DNA from: Candidatus Latescibacterota bacterium | Lineage (GTDB): Bacteria > Latescibacterota > CBDEFO01 | DNA length: 64,000 bases | NCBI GenBank assembly: GCA_965237525.1 | Contig: CBDEFO010000008.1 | Span: 1,920,001-1,984,000, forward strand | Reading direction: 5' to 3' | Shown: piece after piece, positions 31,315 to 41,962 of the stretch | Layout of the letters: the number at the start of each line of letters is the position of its first letter | Position numbering within the stretch: position 1 is the first letter of the stretch | Made by a program: the position numbers and the translations under genes | The notes under the pieces: model-generated | The model's database searches: none | What the model was told of the DNA's origin: nothing | What the model saw: only the letters and a program-made list of their open reading frames with translations

Positions 31315-32097
31315 ATGGATCTAACAGGAAAAGTAGCCGTAGTGACCGGCGCCGGGGCTGGTATCGGCCGCGGCGTCGGTCTGGCCTTTGCCGAACACGG
31401 CGCTGCTGTTGCCGTCGTGGACATCAACCTGGACGCCGCCCGCGAAACCGCGGGTAAAATCGGCCAGGGGGAAGATAGAGTCCTGGCCGTTCAAGCCGAC
31501 GTGGGGGAGGAAGACAGCGTGGATGCGGCATTCAGCGCCATCGTCGAAAAATTCGGTCAGGTCGACCATTTGCTTAATGTAGCTGGCTTCGAGCTGTACA
31601 AGGAATTTCTGGACTATAGCAGTGGGGAGTGGGACCGACAGTTGGCGGTGAATCTAAAGAGCGTCTTTCTGTGCGCTCGACGAGCGGTACCCCCCATGAT
31701 TCAGGCTGGAGGCGGCAGCATCGTTAATACAGCTTCGGTACAGGCCCTGGCGACGACCGGCAAAATCGCACCGTATGCCGCAGCCAAGGGCGGGATTGTC
31801 GCCATGACCCGTGATATGGCGCGCGATCTTGGGAAATTCAATATCCGCGTCAACTCCATTTTGCCCGGTGTCATTCAAACACCCATGCTGGATCGATCTT
31901 TTGACGATACCGCGGATCGGGATGCCTACATGGAAAAGTTGAAGAAGGCACTCCCCCTGGGTCGAATCGGCGCACCGGCCGATATCGCCAATGTGGCCCT
32001 CTTTCTGACTTCTCCCCTGGCGGCATACGTAACCGGCATAGCCCTGATTGTAGATGGAGGCATGATGTGCAAACTCCCACTACCCGAAGGGGACTGA
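31315..32097 (+). CDS. Short-chain dehydrogenase/reductase
   Basis: TGAGAGIG, YAAAK, VDGG. Confidence 0.92.
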   Translation: MDLTGKVAVVTGAGAGIGRGVGLAFAEHGAAVAVVDINLDAARETAGKIGQGEDRVLAVQADVGEEDSVDAAFSAIVEKFGQVDHLLNVAGFELYKEFLDYSSGEWDRQLAVNLKSVFLCARRAVPPMIQAGGGSIVNTASVQALATTGKIAPYAAAKGGIVAMTRDMARDLGKFNIRVNSILPGVIQTPMLDRSFDDTADRDAYMEKLKKALPLGRIGAPADIANVALFLTSPLAAYVTGIALIVDGGMMCKLPLPEGD

Positions 32098-32280
32098 GTC
32101 CAGCAATCGCGGGGTCTGTAAGGAATTTTGTGTAAATGGGAAAATGAGTTACATTTAGTCAACCACCATTTACGTGAGGAGTTCTTACATGAACAAGCTA
32201 GGCCCGAAGTTGATTGAAGAGCTGCTAAGAGACTACGAGAAGCCGGAAGACATAATCGGTGAAGATGGTTTTTTGAAGCA

Positions 32281-32502
32281 GGTGGGCGAATCGGGCTGCG
32301 CACATCGACACACCTGTACGGCGTGCTGTCGTCTAACGACCTTCCGACGATCATCGATAGCAGGCATTGTTTCTTTGATCTCCTTGAAGATTCGTATGAA
32401 CAGAACAATCTGGCACAGACCGATCGCGAGTCTAAGCTTGCCGACACGTTACATCAAAGGCTCGAAGCGTGGAACCGGAATACTTAATGGCTGACTACCT
32501 AG
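32281..32502 (+). pseudogene. Sulfatase-like C-terminal fragment
   Basis: Frame from 32281 reads ...FFDLLEDSYEQNNLA...LADTLHQRLEAWNRNT*WLTT*. Confidence 0.6.
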
Positions 32503-32546
32503 CTGTTCGTTGTGGACGAGTTTTAATCTGAATAGGAGGTTCGCAG

Positions 32547-34978
32547 ATGACGAAAGAGGAACTCCTACTACTAATTGAACAATGCGGTAAAGAAGAATGG
32601 ACGAAGCTTCACCTCATTGGAGAACGCTTGACCGAACTACCCCTGGAGATCTGTCAGCTGACCAACTTGACATCGCTTGATCTCGGTGGCAACCAGCTAA
32701 CCACACTACCCCCGGAGATCTGTCAGCTGACCAACTTGACATCGCTTGTTCTCGGTGGCAACCAGCTGACCGCACTACCTCCGGAGATCTGTCAGCTGAC
32801 CAACTTGACATCGCTTAATCTCAGTGGCAACCAGCTAACCGCACTTCCACAACCAGCTGTCCGTACTACCTCCGGAGATCGGCCAACTCACTAATCGGAG
32901 ATCTGTGACCAACAGAGTCCGTACTACCTCCGGAGATCTGTCCTAATCTCTTCGACAACCAGCTGACCGCACTACCTCCGGAGATGTGTCAGCTGACCAA
33001 CTTGACATCGCTTGATCTCAGTGGCAACCAGCTGTCCGTACTACCTCCGGAGATCGGCCAACTCACTAATCTGACAGAGCTTGACCTAATAGAAAACCCG
33101 CTCCCCATTCCCCCTGAGATTTTAAGTAAAATAGATCAGCCTGAAACTATTATCAACTATTATTTGCAGCATGAAACTGGTCTGAAAAGACCGTTAAGTG
33201 AAGCCAAGATGTTGCTCATCGGGCAGGGAAGCGTGGGGAAAACTTCGCTGGTCAAGCGGCTGGTGGAAGGCTGCTTTGACCCTCATGAAAACAAAACGGA
33301 GGGCATTGACATCAGACGATGGGCTGTGGACGTCGATGGGAAGAACATCCGGATCAACGTCTGGGATTTCGGCGGTCAGGAGATCATGCACGCCACCCAC
33401 CAGTTTTTTCTCACCAGACGCAGCCTCTATCTGCTTGTCTTGGACACCAGGCTGGACGAACAGGAGAATCGCTTAGAATATTGGCTCAAGATAATCCAGA
33501 GCTTCGGGGGAGAGTCGCCCATCATCGTCGTGGGTAATAAAACTGACCAGCACCCGCTGGACATCGACCGGAACGTCCTGCAGAGCAAGTACAAGAGCAT
33601 CAAAGTCTTTGTCGAAACTTCGTGCGATACTGGAGACGGCATCGAGGAGTTGAAAGCCGCCATCGCCAGAGAGGTCGGCGGTTTGGCACACATCCACGAT
33701 CAATTGCTGAACACCTGGTTTAACATCAAAACTCAGCTCGAAGGAATGACGGAGAATTACATTACATACACCGAGTATGTGGGCATTTGCAAAGTTGCGG
33801 GCATCACCGATCCTTTGAGCCAACGCACCCTCGCCAGCTTTCTCCACGATCTGGGCATCATTTTGAATTTCCAGGACAACCCCCGTCTGGAGGACACCAA
33901 CATCTTAAACCCCAAATGGGTCACAAACGGTGTCTATAATATTTTAAACTCCAATGTCCTGTTTCAAAGCAAGGGAGTTTTGGAACTGGAGCAGCTCTAC
34001 CAAGTTTTGGACCATGAGGAATACCCTCGGCAAAAGCACCTGTTCATCATGGACATGATGCGCAAGTTTGAGCTCTGTTTCAATTTTGAAGGCTTTACCG
34101 ACCAGAAGTTCCTGGTTCCTGACCTGCTCTCCAAAGAAGAACCGTACACTGGCGATTGGGATGGCGCGTTAGCTTTTCAATATCATTACAACGTCCTTCC
34201 CACCAGCATCATTTCCCGCTTCATCGTGAGGATGCAGGCCTTTATTCACCAAAACACTTTCTGGCGCTATGGAGTCGTGCTAGAGGATGGGGGGAACAAA
34301 GCCCTGGTAAAAGTGGATGTAGAGGAGAAAGAGACTATAATCTGTGTGAGTGGCCCGGAACGAACGCGGCGCGAATTCCTGTCAAACATCCGCTTCGAGT
34401 TCAACGCGATCCACAAGACAATTCCCAGAATCGAGGAGATGGAAAAGGTGCCCTTGCCCGATCATCCGGAGATCTTGGTAAGCTATGACCACTTGCTGAA
34501 CCTGGAAAAAGCGGGCATAAAGAGCTATATCCCTGAAGGACTGGTAGATGCAGTGGATGTCAATGAGTTGCTCAACGGCATTGAAACCCAGGAAGAACGC
34601 CGAAAGCGTAGGGAAGGAGAAGTTGAACCTCGTCCAAAACCACTGCCGACCGAACCCACCCCATCAAGTGATGAGACAGTCAGGAAGAAAAGTCCGTGGT
34701 TTTCAGGAACGTTTTATTTGTTTGCGGCACTCCTTGTTTTGGGAGCAATTGCCATTATCGGCATCTTTGCGCCTTCGTACATTCTCCCAATCGCAATTAT
34801 TGGCACGGTAATAATTATCTCCGTAATCAGCGCTTGCCAGTTACGCCAGGATGAACGTTTGAGTGAAGAAAGCTTTTTGACGTCTGTGCGTCAGTTCTTG
34901 AAGCAGATGACATTACTCAAAGGCGTCAGGCCATCAGAGGAGGCGCTGGAGGAAAAAGGTGGGGAGGATTCCGAATAA
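32547..34978 (+). pseudogene. Roco protein (LRR-Roc-COR + C-terminal TM segments), broken within the LRR array
   Basis: 23-aa LRRs; GQGSVGKTS, WDFGGQEIMHATHQFF and NKTD GTPase motifs; COR-like LHDLGIIL..ILNPKWVT.GVY; frame break at about 32850-32980. Confidence 0.88.
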
Positions 34979-35209
34979 CGTCTGTGTCGAACTTATGATG
35001 TACTCCACTTTCGCATCACCTTCGAAAAACTCAAAGGGGAACCAGAAGAGTCGCTCATAGAGGACACTCGACAAATGTGATGCGCTGCGAGCAAACCCAT
35101 TTACACAAAAAATCTGACACACCCAGCAATCGCGGGGCTGATCCAATCTTCTATCTATGAGCTACAACCAGAACGAAGAGTTCCCAAATAGGATTCACAA
35201 GGAGGACAG

Positions 35210-36688
35210 ATGAAGTTCAGATATACTATAATCCTTGCGGTTATCTTTGCAGGGCTCCTTGCTTTTGCGCTCCGCGATAAACGACAGCGCCAGGAGAAAG
35301 AAGAGACAAAAAAGGAGGCGGAGAAGTTACTTATATTTGACAGAGATCAGGTGAGACGGCTGACTCTGATCCGGGAGGATGAGACCATTGTGGCAGAAAA
35401 AGAGGAGTCGGGAGAATGGAAGATAGTTTCCCCTGTCCAGACAGACGCTGACAACGACGCTGTTGAAAGGCTCATAGACAACATTGGAAACACCCGAACA
35501 GATAGAGTCCTCGTAAAGGAGGTGGATGTAGAGGACGCAGAAGAGACACTCGAAGGATACGGTCTGGATAAACCCACTGTCGTTCTGCACATGGAGCTGG
35601 AAGGTGATGCGACCAGTACGTACGGTCAACTGGATACGGTTTACTATGGGGGAGAAAGCCCTACCAGTTCCTACGCATACGTAAGGAAAGGGCAGAGTCT
35701 GGATATACTTACTATCCCGCTTTGGAGGAGGGATAATGTGGACAAGCAGCTTTTCGATCTGAGAGATCAAAGGGTGCTGGGGTTTCAAAGCGATGAAGTG
35801 AGACAATTAGATATCAAAAGGGCTGGTATTTTAATGTCGGTCTCCAGGTCGGGAAGTATGTGGAACATAGATAAACCTGTCCAGGACAGAGGTGACGGAG
35901 ACGAAATAGATAAGATCATACGAAAGCTGAATCAGGAGAAGGTCAAAGAGTTCGTCAGCGAATCGCCTGACATGGGTGAGCTTGAGGGATACGGGCTTAC
36001 AGATCCGCATGTAGAGGTCACACTCTGGCTGGGGGCGGACAGAGCTAAGAAGATTCTCTATATCGGAGACGAAAAGCGTAGTGATCTCTATGCCCAGGAT
36101 AAAGAGGACGCTGATCGCTACGCCAAGGATGAATCGAAGGAAGCTGTCTTTCTGATATCTTCCGAATTGAAGGAGGCCCTGGAGGTAGACCCCTTTGCGC
36201 TTCGATACAAACAATTAGCTGATTTCGAAAGCGACGATATAGACAAGGTGGAGTTCGCATACAAAGAAGAGGCGCCCACTCCGTATAACGCGATCTTATG
36301 TGTGAAGGACACGTCTGGTAACTGGAGCGTGGCATTCCCATCCCCGATAGATTCAATCGGGCAAAAGAAAGATGCCAAAGGATGGAAGATTCGCGGTGCT
36401 ATGAGTGATATAGCTGATCTCAAAGCTGAGAAGTTCCTCCCAGAGGAGTCTTCCGACACGGAGTCGGCGCTGGACCTGTCCCAGTACGGTCTTGAGCGCC
36501 CGCGCATCACCGTCAGATTGTGGAAGGGAGAGAAGCTGGTGCTCCAGTTTTTCATCGGCAAGGGGAAGGATGAGTTCGTCTACGCCAAGACATCCCAAAG
36601 CGATAGGGTCTACCTTGTCAGAAAGAGTATAGTGGAGGATCTGAACTTCACTATAGACGACATAGCAGTATCAGAAGGAGGGGCTTGA
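35210..36688 (+). CDS. DUF4340-domain protein (Gld-like ABC associated)
   Basis: N-terminal TM; three internal repeats with W-x4-P and YGL..P motifs. Confidence 0.85.
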   Translation: MKFRYTIILAVIFAGLLAFALRDKRQRQEKEETKKEAEKLLIFDRDQVRRLTLIREDETIVAEKEESGEWKIVSPVQTDADNDAVERLIDNIGNTRTDRVLVKEVDVEDAEETLEGYGLDKPTVVLHMELEGDATSTYGQLDTVYYGGESPTSSYAYVRKGQSLDILTIPLWRRDNVDKQLFDLRDQRVLGFQSDEVRQLDIKRAGILMSVSRSGSMWNIDKPVQDRGDGDEIDKIIRKLNQEKVKEFVSESPDMGELEGYGLTDPHVEVTLWLGADRAKKILYIGDEKRSDLYAQDKEDADRYAKDESKEAVFLISSELKEALEVDPFALRYKQLADFESDDIDKVEFAYKEEAPTPYNAILCVKDTSGNWSVAFPSPIDSIGQKKDAKGWKIRGAMSDIADLKAEKFLPEESSDTESALDLSQYGLERPRITVRLWKGEKLVLQFFIGKGKDEFVYAKTSQSDRVYLVRKSIVEDLNFTIDDIAVSEGGA

Positions 36689-37683
36689 GGGAAGAAATGG
36701 GCAAGGTGCAAGCCGTAGTCTTTAGAGCCGCGGCGGTTATGTTTATCTGGCTTTACCCCTCCTTTTGTCAAAGCGGCGTTACTGTCAGGTCAGAGGTCGA
36801 CAGGTCCACTATTACCGTCGGCGACCCTATCAAGTATACTCTCATTATCACTTACGAAGAATACGATAGAGTCTATCCTCCTCCTCTGGCCTCCAACCTC
36901 GGCCAGTTTGAGATCAAGGACTTCAAATACCCCCGGACTATGCGGACAGACGAGGGACTCCTCGAGGTGAGGACGGAATATACCGTAACTGCCTACAGGA
37001 CAGGTGACTTTCAGATACCTCCCCTAATAATTGGATTTGTCACAGCGGAGGGGGACAGCGGTTGGATAGAGTCCGAGCCTATAGCGATCAGGATCCAGAG
37101 CGTGAATGTGGAGGGGGCTAAGGATATCCGCGATATTAAAGGCCCCGTTGAAATCCCGCAGGGAGTAAGGTCGTGGATGATCTGGAGCGGGGTTGCCCTG
37201 CTTGTAGCTTTAGCGGGCGTGTGCCTCCATATCTTGGCAAGTAGGAAAAAAAGACTGCAAGAAGATATAGCGACAGAGCCGGATGTCCCCATAGACGAAC
37301 TTGGGGAGTTCGACAAGATAGATGCCCTGGGTCTGATAGAAAAGGGTCAATACAAAGAACATTATATATTGATCTCAGAGGCCCTCAGAAGATATATAGA
37401 GAGACGCTACAAAGTAGAGGCTATGGAGAGGACTACCTATGAGCTTCTGGCCGATATGAACGATGCCAGGGCAGAACGTATGATAGAGATAGAAAAAGAG
37501 CACATAGAGTCAATAGATGATTTTCTCTCAGGATGTGATCTGGTCAAATTCGCCAAGTATATGCCTCGTTTAGAAGAAGCGAAAGGCTCTACACAAAGAG
37601 CCACGGCCATCGTGAAGGATACACAGATAAAGGAGTCTAAAGAACCGGACGAAGTCTTAGAATCCGAGGCTTCCCGAGGATAG
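36685..37683 (+). CDS. Bat-operon-associated protein (Ig-like domain + TM)
   Basis: ITVGDPI, IRDIKGP + TM, LRRYIE..AMERTT.E, DLVKFAK. Confidence 0.8.
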   Translation: MREEMGKVQAVVFRAAAVMFIWLYPSFCQSGVTVRSEVDRSTITVGDPIKYTLIITYEEYDRVYPPPLASNLGQFEIKDFKYPRTMRTDEGLLEVRTEYTVTAYRTGDFQIPPLIIGFVTAEGDSGWIESEPIAIRIQSVNVEGAKDIRDIKGPVEIPQGVRSWMIWSGVALLVALAGVCLHILASRKKRLQEDIATEPDVPIDELGEFDKIDALGLIEKGQYKEHYILISEALRRYIERRYKVEAMERTTYELLADMNDARAERMIEIEKEHIESIDDFLSGCDLVKFAKYMPRLEEAKGSTQRATAIVKDTQIKESKEPDEVLESEASRG

Positions 37684-37690
37684 AATCGCT

Positions 37691-38713
37691 GTGATGCGCT
37701 TTCAGAATCCATATCTACTTCTCCTTTTGCTGGTCATCCCGGTCATAATCTATCGCTACATTAAGGGTGAAAAGAGCGGGACGATACGGTTCTCCGATAT
37801 AGGCTCTATCAAGAGCATCAGACCCTCCCTCAAACTCCGGCATAGTCTCATAGTCCTGAGATCCCTGGGATTGGCACTTTTAATAGTCGCTTTTGCGCGT
37901 CCGCAGTCTGGAACGGAAGAAAGAGAGATGCTCACAGAGGGAATAGACATCATCCTGACGCTGGACGCATCGGGCAGTATGCAGAGCAAAGACCTTGACA
38001 GCAACAAAAAGTCCAGACTTGATGTCTCAAAAGAGGTCGTATCTGAGTTCGTGAATGGGCGCACAAATGATCGTTTGGGCTTGGTAGTCTTTGCCGGAAG
38101 GAGCGCTACGTGGTGTCCCTTGACGCTCGATTACGGGACTTTCTTGAATTTTCTGGACAGTGTGAGCATAGAGCAGCTCCAGGACATCGTAATGTCAGAC
38201 AGCACAGCCATAGGCACCGCTATTGCTAACTCTGTAGCCCAGCTTGGAGAGAGTGAGGCCAAAAGCAAGGTTATTATACTTCTTACGGACGGCTCCAACA
38301 ACAAAGTGGACCGCATCCCGAACACGGGGATTGTAATGGACCCTATAACGGCGGCTCGTATCGCCGCCTCCCTCGGGATCAGAATATACACTATCGGAGC
38401 CGGTAGCAAGGGGACAATAATGCGTGAAGTGGAGGGTATATTCGGCGTGCGCTTTCTGCCCTACCGGGTCGAAATAGATGAAGAGACGCTGCAGAAGATA
38501 GCCGACATCACAGGTGGGAAGTACTACAGAGCTACGAGCCAGGAGAAGCTGTCAGAGATCTACGAGGAGATAAGCCAACTGGAAAAGACCGAGATCAAGA
38601 CCAAGGAGCATGTGGAATACACGGAGATATTCTCAAAGTTTGCGCTGGCAGGGCTATTTATGTTGCTGTTGGAGATATTTCTGGCAAATACCAGATTCAG
38701 GAAAATACCTTAA
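37691..38713 (+). CDS. batA: BatA-like vWA protein
   Basis: ARPQ, DASGSM MIDAS, TAIG, LLTDG.NN, C-terminal FRKIP. Confidence 0.88.
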   Translation: MMRFQNPYLLLLLLVIPVIIYRYIKGEKSGTIRFSDIGSIKSIRPSLKLRHSLIVLRSLGLALLIVAFARPQSGTEEREMLTEGIDIILTLDASGSMQSKDLDSNKKSRLDVSKEVVSEFVNGRTNDRLGLVVFAGRSATWCPLTLDYGTFLNFLDSVSIEQLQDIVMSDSTAIGTAIANSVAQLGESEAKSKVIILLTDGSNNKVDRIPNTGIVMDPITAARIAASLGIRIYTIGAGSKGTIMREVEGIFGVRFLPYRVEIDEETLQKIADITGGKYYRATSQEKLSEIYEEISQLEKTEIKTKEHVEYTEIFSKFALAGLFMLLLEIFLANTRFRKIP

Positions 38714-38715
38714 GT

Positions 38716-38805
38716 GCGGTAGACAGTAGCCCCCGATAGATTCAATCGGGGGTGGACAGTAGACAGGACAAACAAGTAGACAGCAAACAGTAGTCAGTAG
38801 ACAGG
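38716..38805. repeat. Degenerate AGTAGAC heptamer tract with an embedded palindrome
   Basis: GTAGACAGTAG[palindrome]TGGACAGTAGACAG...AAGTAGACAGCAAACAGTAGTCAGTAGACAG. Confidence 0.65.
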
Positions 38806-38965
38806 GCACCACCGCCCTTCCCACCAGATTGCTTTGCAGTCCCCGATATAAGCAATCGGGGACTGCCCCTACAGATGAATTTAGGGACCAGACCGCGTAG
38901 TTTGTCGCCTCCACTGCCTGACAACGCACGCGGTGGCAGCGGGACAACGGCCCCGACGAAAGCAC

Positions 38966-39985
38966 ATGAACATGCATTTTGGAGAACCTGCATATTTTCA
39001 CTGCTTATGGCTCATTCCTGCGCTGATCATCTTCTACGTCTGGGCGTTCAGGAGAAAGAAGCGGGCGCTTTTCCTCTTCGGGGGCACGGAGCTTATAGAC
39101 AAATTGGCGGCGTCCAGGAGCAGAAGGAACCAGATATGGAAGATAATCTTATCTATATTGGGCATCTTTTTCCTTGTCTTGGCCTTGGTGCGGCCTCAAC
39201 TGGGAGCGAAGCTGAAATTAGGTCAAAGCAGGGGCGTGGATGTGGTCATACTCCTGGACACGTCCTTGAGCATGCTGTCGGAGGACATCAAACCGAACAG
39301 GCTGGAAAGGGCAAAATACGGCATCAGAGATCTAATAGATAAGCTGGGTGGGAATCGCATCGGGATAGTTTCCTTTGCCGGAGAAAGTTACATAGAGTGT
39401 CCGCTGACTTTAGATTACAGCACCGCTCAGAGTATCGTTGACGGTCTGGATACGACCTCTGTTCAGGGGACTGCTGTCGGCGACGCTATACGGATGGCAT
39501 CGTCCCTTTTCAATAAGAAGGACCTCAAGTACAAGGTGATGGTAATCTTTTCGGATGGAGAGAGCCACGAAAGCGACATCACAAGCGCAGCCGAAATAGC
39601 CACGGATGAGGGCGTCGTCATACACGCTGTGGGAGTCGGTACAAAGAAGGGGGACGTTATCTCCTTCCGCCAGAAAGATGGAAACGTAGAATATAAGAAG
39701 GATAGGGCAGGAAACGTGGTGGTTACCAGGCTGATGGAGAGCAACCTGCAAAGAATCGCTTTCCACTCCGGAGGCATCTATCAGAGCATGCGGGAGTTTG
39801 AGCCGGAGGAGATATACGAAGAGATCTCAAAGATGGAAAAGAAAGAACTGCAATCTAGAAAGTACACTAAATATGAAGACAGATTTCAGTACGTCTTGGT
39901 CTTCTCCATAGCCGCTCTTATTATAGAATCTATTACCAGTGACAGAAGGAGGCTGAAGGCGGAATGGAAGGGGCGGTTCCAATGA
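38966..39985 (+). CDS. batB: BatB-like vWA protein
   Basis: RPQLG, DTSLSMLSEDIKPNRL, FSDGESHE, YEDRFQ. Confidence 0.88.
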   Translation: MNMHFGEPAYFHCLWLIPALIIFYVWAFRRKKRALFLFGGTELIDKLAASRSRRNQIWKIILSILGIFFLVLALVRPQLGAKLKLGQSRGVDVVILLDTSLSMLSEDIKPNRLERAKYGIRDLIDKLGGNRIGIVSFAGESYIECPLTLDYSTAQSIVDGLDTTSVQGTAVGDAIRMASSLFNKKDLKYKVMVIFSDGESHESDITSAAEIATDEGVVIHAVGVGTKKGDVISFRQKDGNVEYKKDRAGNVVVTRLMESNLQRIAFHSGGIYQSMREFEPEEIYEEISKMEKKELQSRKYTKYEDRFQYVLVFSIAALIIESITSDRRRLKAEWKGRFQ

Positions 39986-41940
39986 TCCATCGGGAGACTC
40001 GTCAGGTAAACAACGTAAGAATAAGTGGAAAGGCAAGCGGAGCGTTGCCCTGTCTGCCCCGATTGCATCTTTCGGGGGGAGGCCCTCGATTGTATCCATG
40101 TGGCGCTACTATCTACTGTCTGCTGATACCTGTCTTCTGTATACTGATTTTGTCGGTGTCGTTTCCTGCCTATACTGCTGACGTTAGCTTTCAGGCCTAC
40201 GTAGACAAGAATAAGATCGGAACGACCGACCGGCTTAAGCTGATCGTATCGGTCTCGGGATCTAAGCTGGGCAGCCTCCCCGATCCGGTCCTCCCCACTC
40301 TGAACAATTTTACCGTGTCCGCTCCGGTCCGAAGCTCATCTTCCAGCTATCAGTTCTCCACAGGCGGTAGTTTGGTATCCGAACAGAAATTAGAGTTTAC
40401 GTATATTCTGCGCCCTCTGAGGAGCGGGCGCTTGGTTATAGGTCCCGTGAAAATGAAGGTTAAGGCTGTGGAGTATGAGTCTCGTCCTATTCAGATCCAA
40501 GTAGTCGAGGGAACCACTGAAACTGTGAGGACGCCGAGAGGTAGTCAAATACCGATAGAGGGAAATCTGTATATGGAGGTGACTGCAGATAGAGAGAGGG
40601 CATACGTGGGCGAGCAGATAACCCTGTCCTACGACCTTTACAACAGATTCAGTATTTCAGACTTAAGATACAACGCCGCCCCTGCGTATCAGGACTTCTG
40701 GGTTGAGGATATATTCGATTTCAGAACAAAGAGTTATCTGGAGAGCAGACGAGAGGCGATAGATAACCGACTCTTTGAAGTAGCTCTTCTGAAAAAGGTG
40801 GCAGTCTTTCCGAAGGCTCCGGGTACTTTCAGGATAGAGCCTCTTAAGATAGAATGCGACATCCAGGTGAGAGGTAGGAGTACGAGCATCTTTGACTTTG
40901 GTGGATTCTCCTCAAGGACGAAGACCCTTTTAGTTCAGTCCGATCCCATAGATGTGGAGGTTCTGCCGCTGCCACAAAGGGGAAAGACGGGGGATTTTGA
41001 CGTTCCTGTCGGCGACTTTTCCATCTCGGCTTCGACCGATCTGAAGACCGCTACAAAGGGGGATGCGATATCCTTAAAGGTGGTCATCTCGGGTGCGGGA
41101 AATGTAACTTCCATAAGGGAACTGAAGTCTCCTCTCTTGGACTCGTTCAAGGTCTACGATCCTAAAATAGAGGCAGAATCGAAGGCCGTAGACGGGATCA
41201 TTCAGGGCACAAAGACGTTCGAATATGTTCTGATACCTGAGACTGACGGCGATCTTCTGATAGCTCCCTTTGAGTTTTCTTACTTCGATCCTGCAAAAGA
41301 AAGGTATATGACGACTCAGACTTCTCCTCTGTCCCTCAGTATTTCTCCTGTGTTAGAGACCGAGAAGGTTTCGGCGGGATATGGCCTTTCCCGCGAGGAA
41401 ATAAAGTTAATAGGGGAGGATATACGCTATATCAAGCCCGATTATAGAGGGGCAGAACGCCAGCTTGAGGATCAGGGCCGACCCTTATACAAGAATATGC
41501 GTTTCTTATTCCTTCAGATAGTCCCCGTCATAGCCCTGATCGGGGCCTGGACATATAAACGGCACCTTGTGAAGGTTCGTACCGATGCTGCCTACGTCCG
41601 CAGGAAGAGGGCCAAAACTCAGGCCGCCAGGAGGCTCAAAAGGGCAAGGCAACTTATGAAAGATGAGTCATCAACCGAGTTCTACGCTGAGATCAACAGC
41701 GCTCTTTCGGAGTTTTTGGCGGATAAGCTCAATATCCCGGCTGCAGGGCTCACCAAAGATTCTATGGAGGAGCATCTACTGCAAAGAGGCGTAGACCAGG
41801 CATTGGTAGATAACCTGAAAGATACTCTAAGCCGGTGTGACTTTGCAAGGTTTGCCCCCTCCCAATCTATGTCCGATGATCTGGAAACGCTCCTGAATAA
41901 GACCGAAAAGTCCATTGATCGTTTGGAAAAGCGAATTTAA
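39982..41940 (+). CDS. batD: BatD-family protein
   Basis: AYVGEQI, VLPLP..PVGDF, G.GN, KTFEYVLIP, FSYFDP, CDFARFAP; ATGA overlap with batB. Confidence 0.86.
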   Translation: MIHRETRQVNNVRISGKASGALPCLPRLHLSGGGPRLYPCGATIYCLLIPVFCILILSVSFPAYTADVSFQAYVDKNKIGTTDRLKLIVSVSGSKLGSLPDPVLPTLNNFTVSAPVRSSSSSYQFSTGGSLVSEQKLEFTYILRPLRSGRLVIGPVKMKVKAVEYESRPIQIQVVEGTTETVRTPRGSQIPIEGNLYMEVTADRERAYVGEQITLSYDLYNRFSISDLRYNAAPAYQDFWVEDIFDFRTKSYLESRREAIDNRLFEVALLKKVAVFPKAPGTFRIEPLKIECDIQVRGRSTSIFDFGGFSSRTKTLLVQSDPIDVEVLPLPQRGKTGDFDVPVGDFSISASTDLKTATKGDAISLKVVISGAGNVTSIRELKSPLLDSFKVYDPKIEAESKAVDGIIQGTKTFEYVLIPETDGDLLIAPFEFSYFDPAKERYMTTQTSPLSLSISPVLETEKVSAGYGLSREEIKLIGEDIRYIKPDYRGAERQLEDQGRPLYKNMRFLFLQIVPVIALIGAWTYKRHLVKVRTDAAYVRRKRAKTQAARRLKRARQLMKDESSTEFYAEINSALSEFLADKLNIPAAGLTKDSMEEHLLQRGVDQALVDNLKDTLSRCDFARFAPSQSMSDDLETLLNKTEKSIDRLEKRI

Positions 41941-41962
41941 TCTTTCCGAGATCTCATAACCC

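Larger units (their letters stand above)
32112..35124 (+). mobile_element. Non-autonomous IS256-family-derived element carrying cargo
   Basis: 29-bp IRs (24/29 match); flanking direct repeat AGCAATCGCG; transposase N-terminal stub at 32189-32281. Confidence 0.82.

Noticed and set aside
32630..33080. Diversity-generating retroelement
   Set aside because: No reverse transcriptase is present, and the repeat differences are not adenine-specific.
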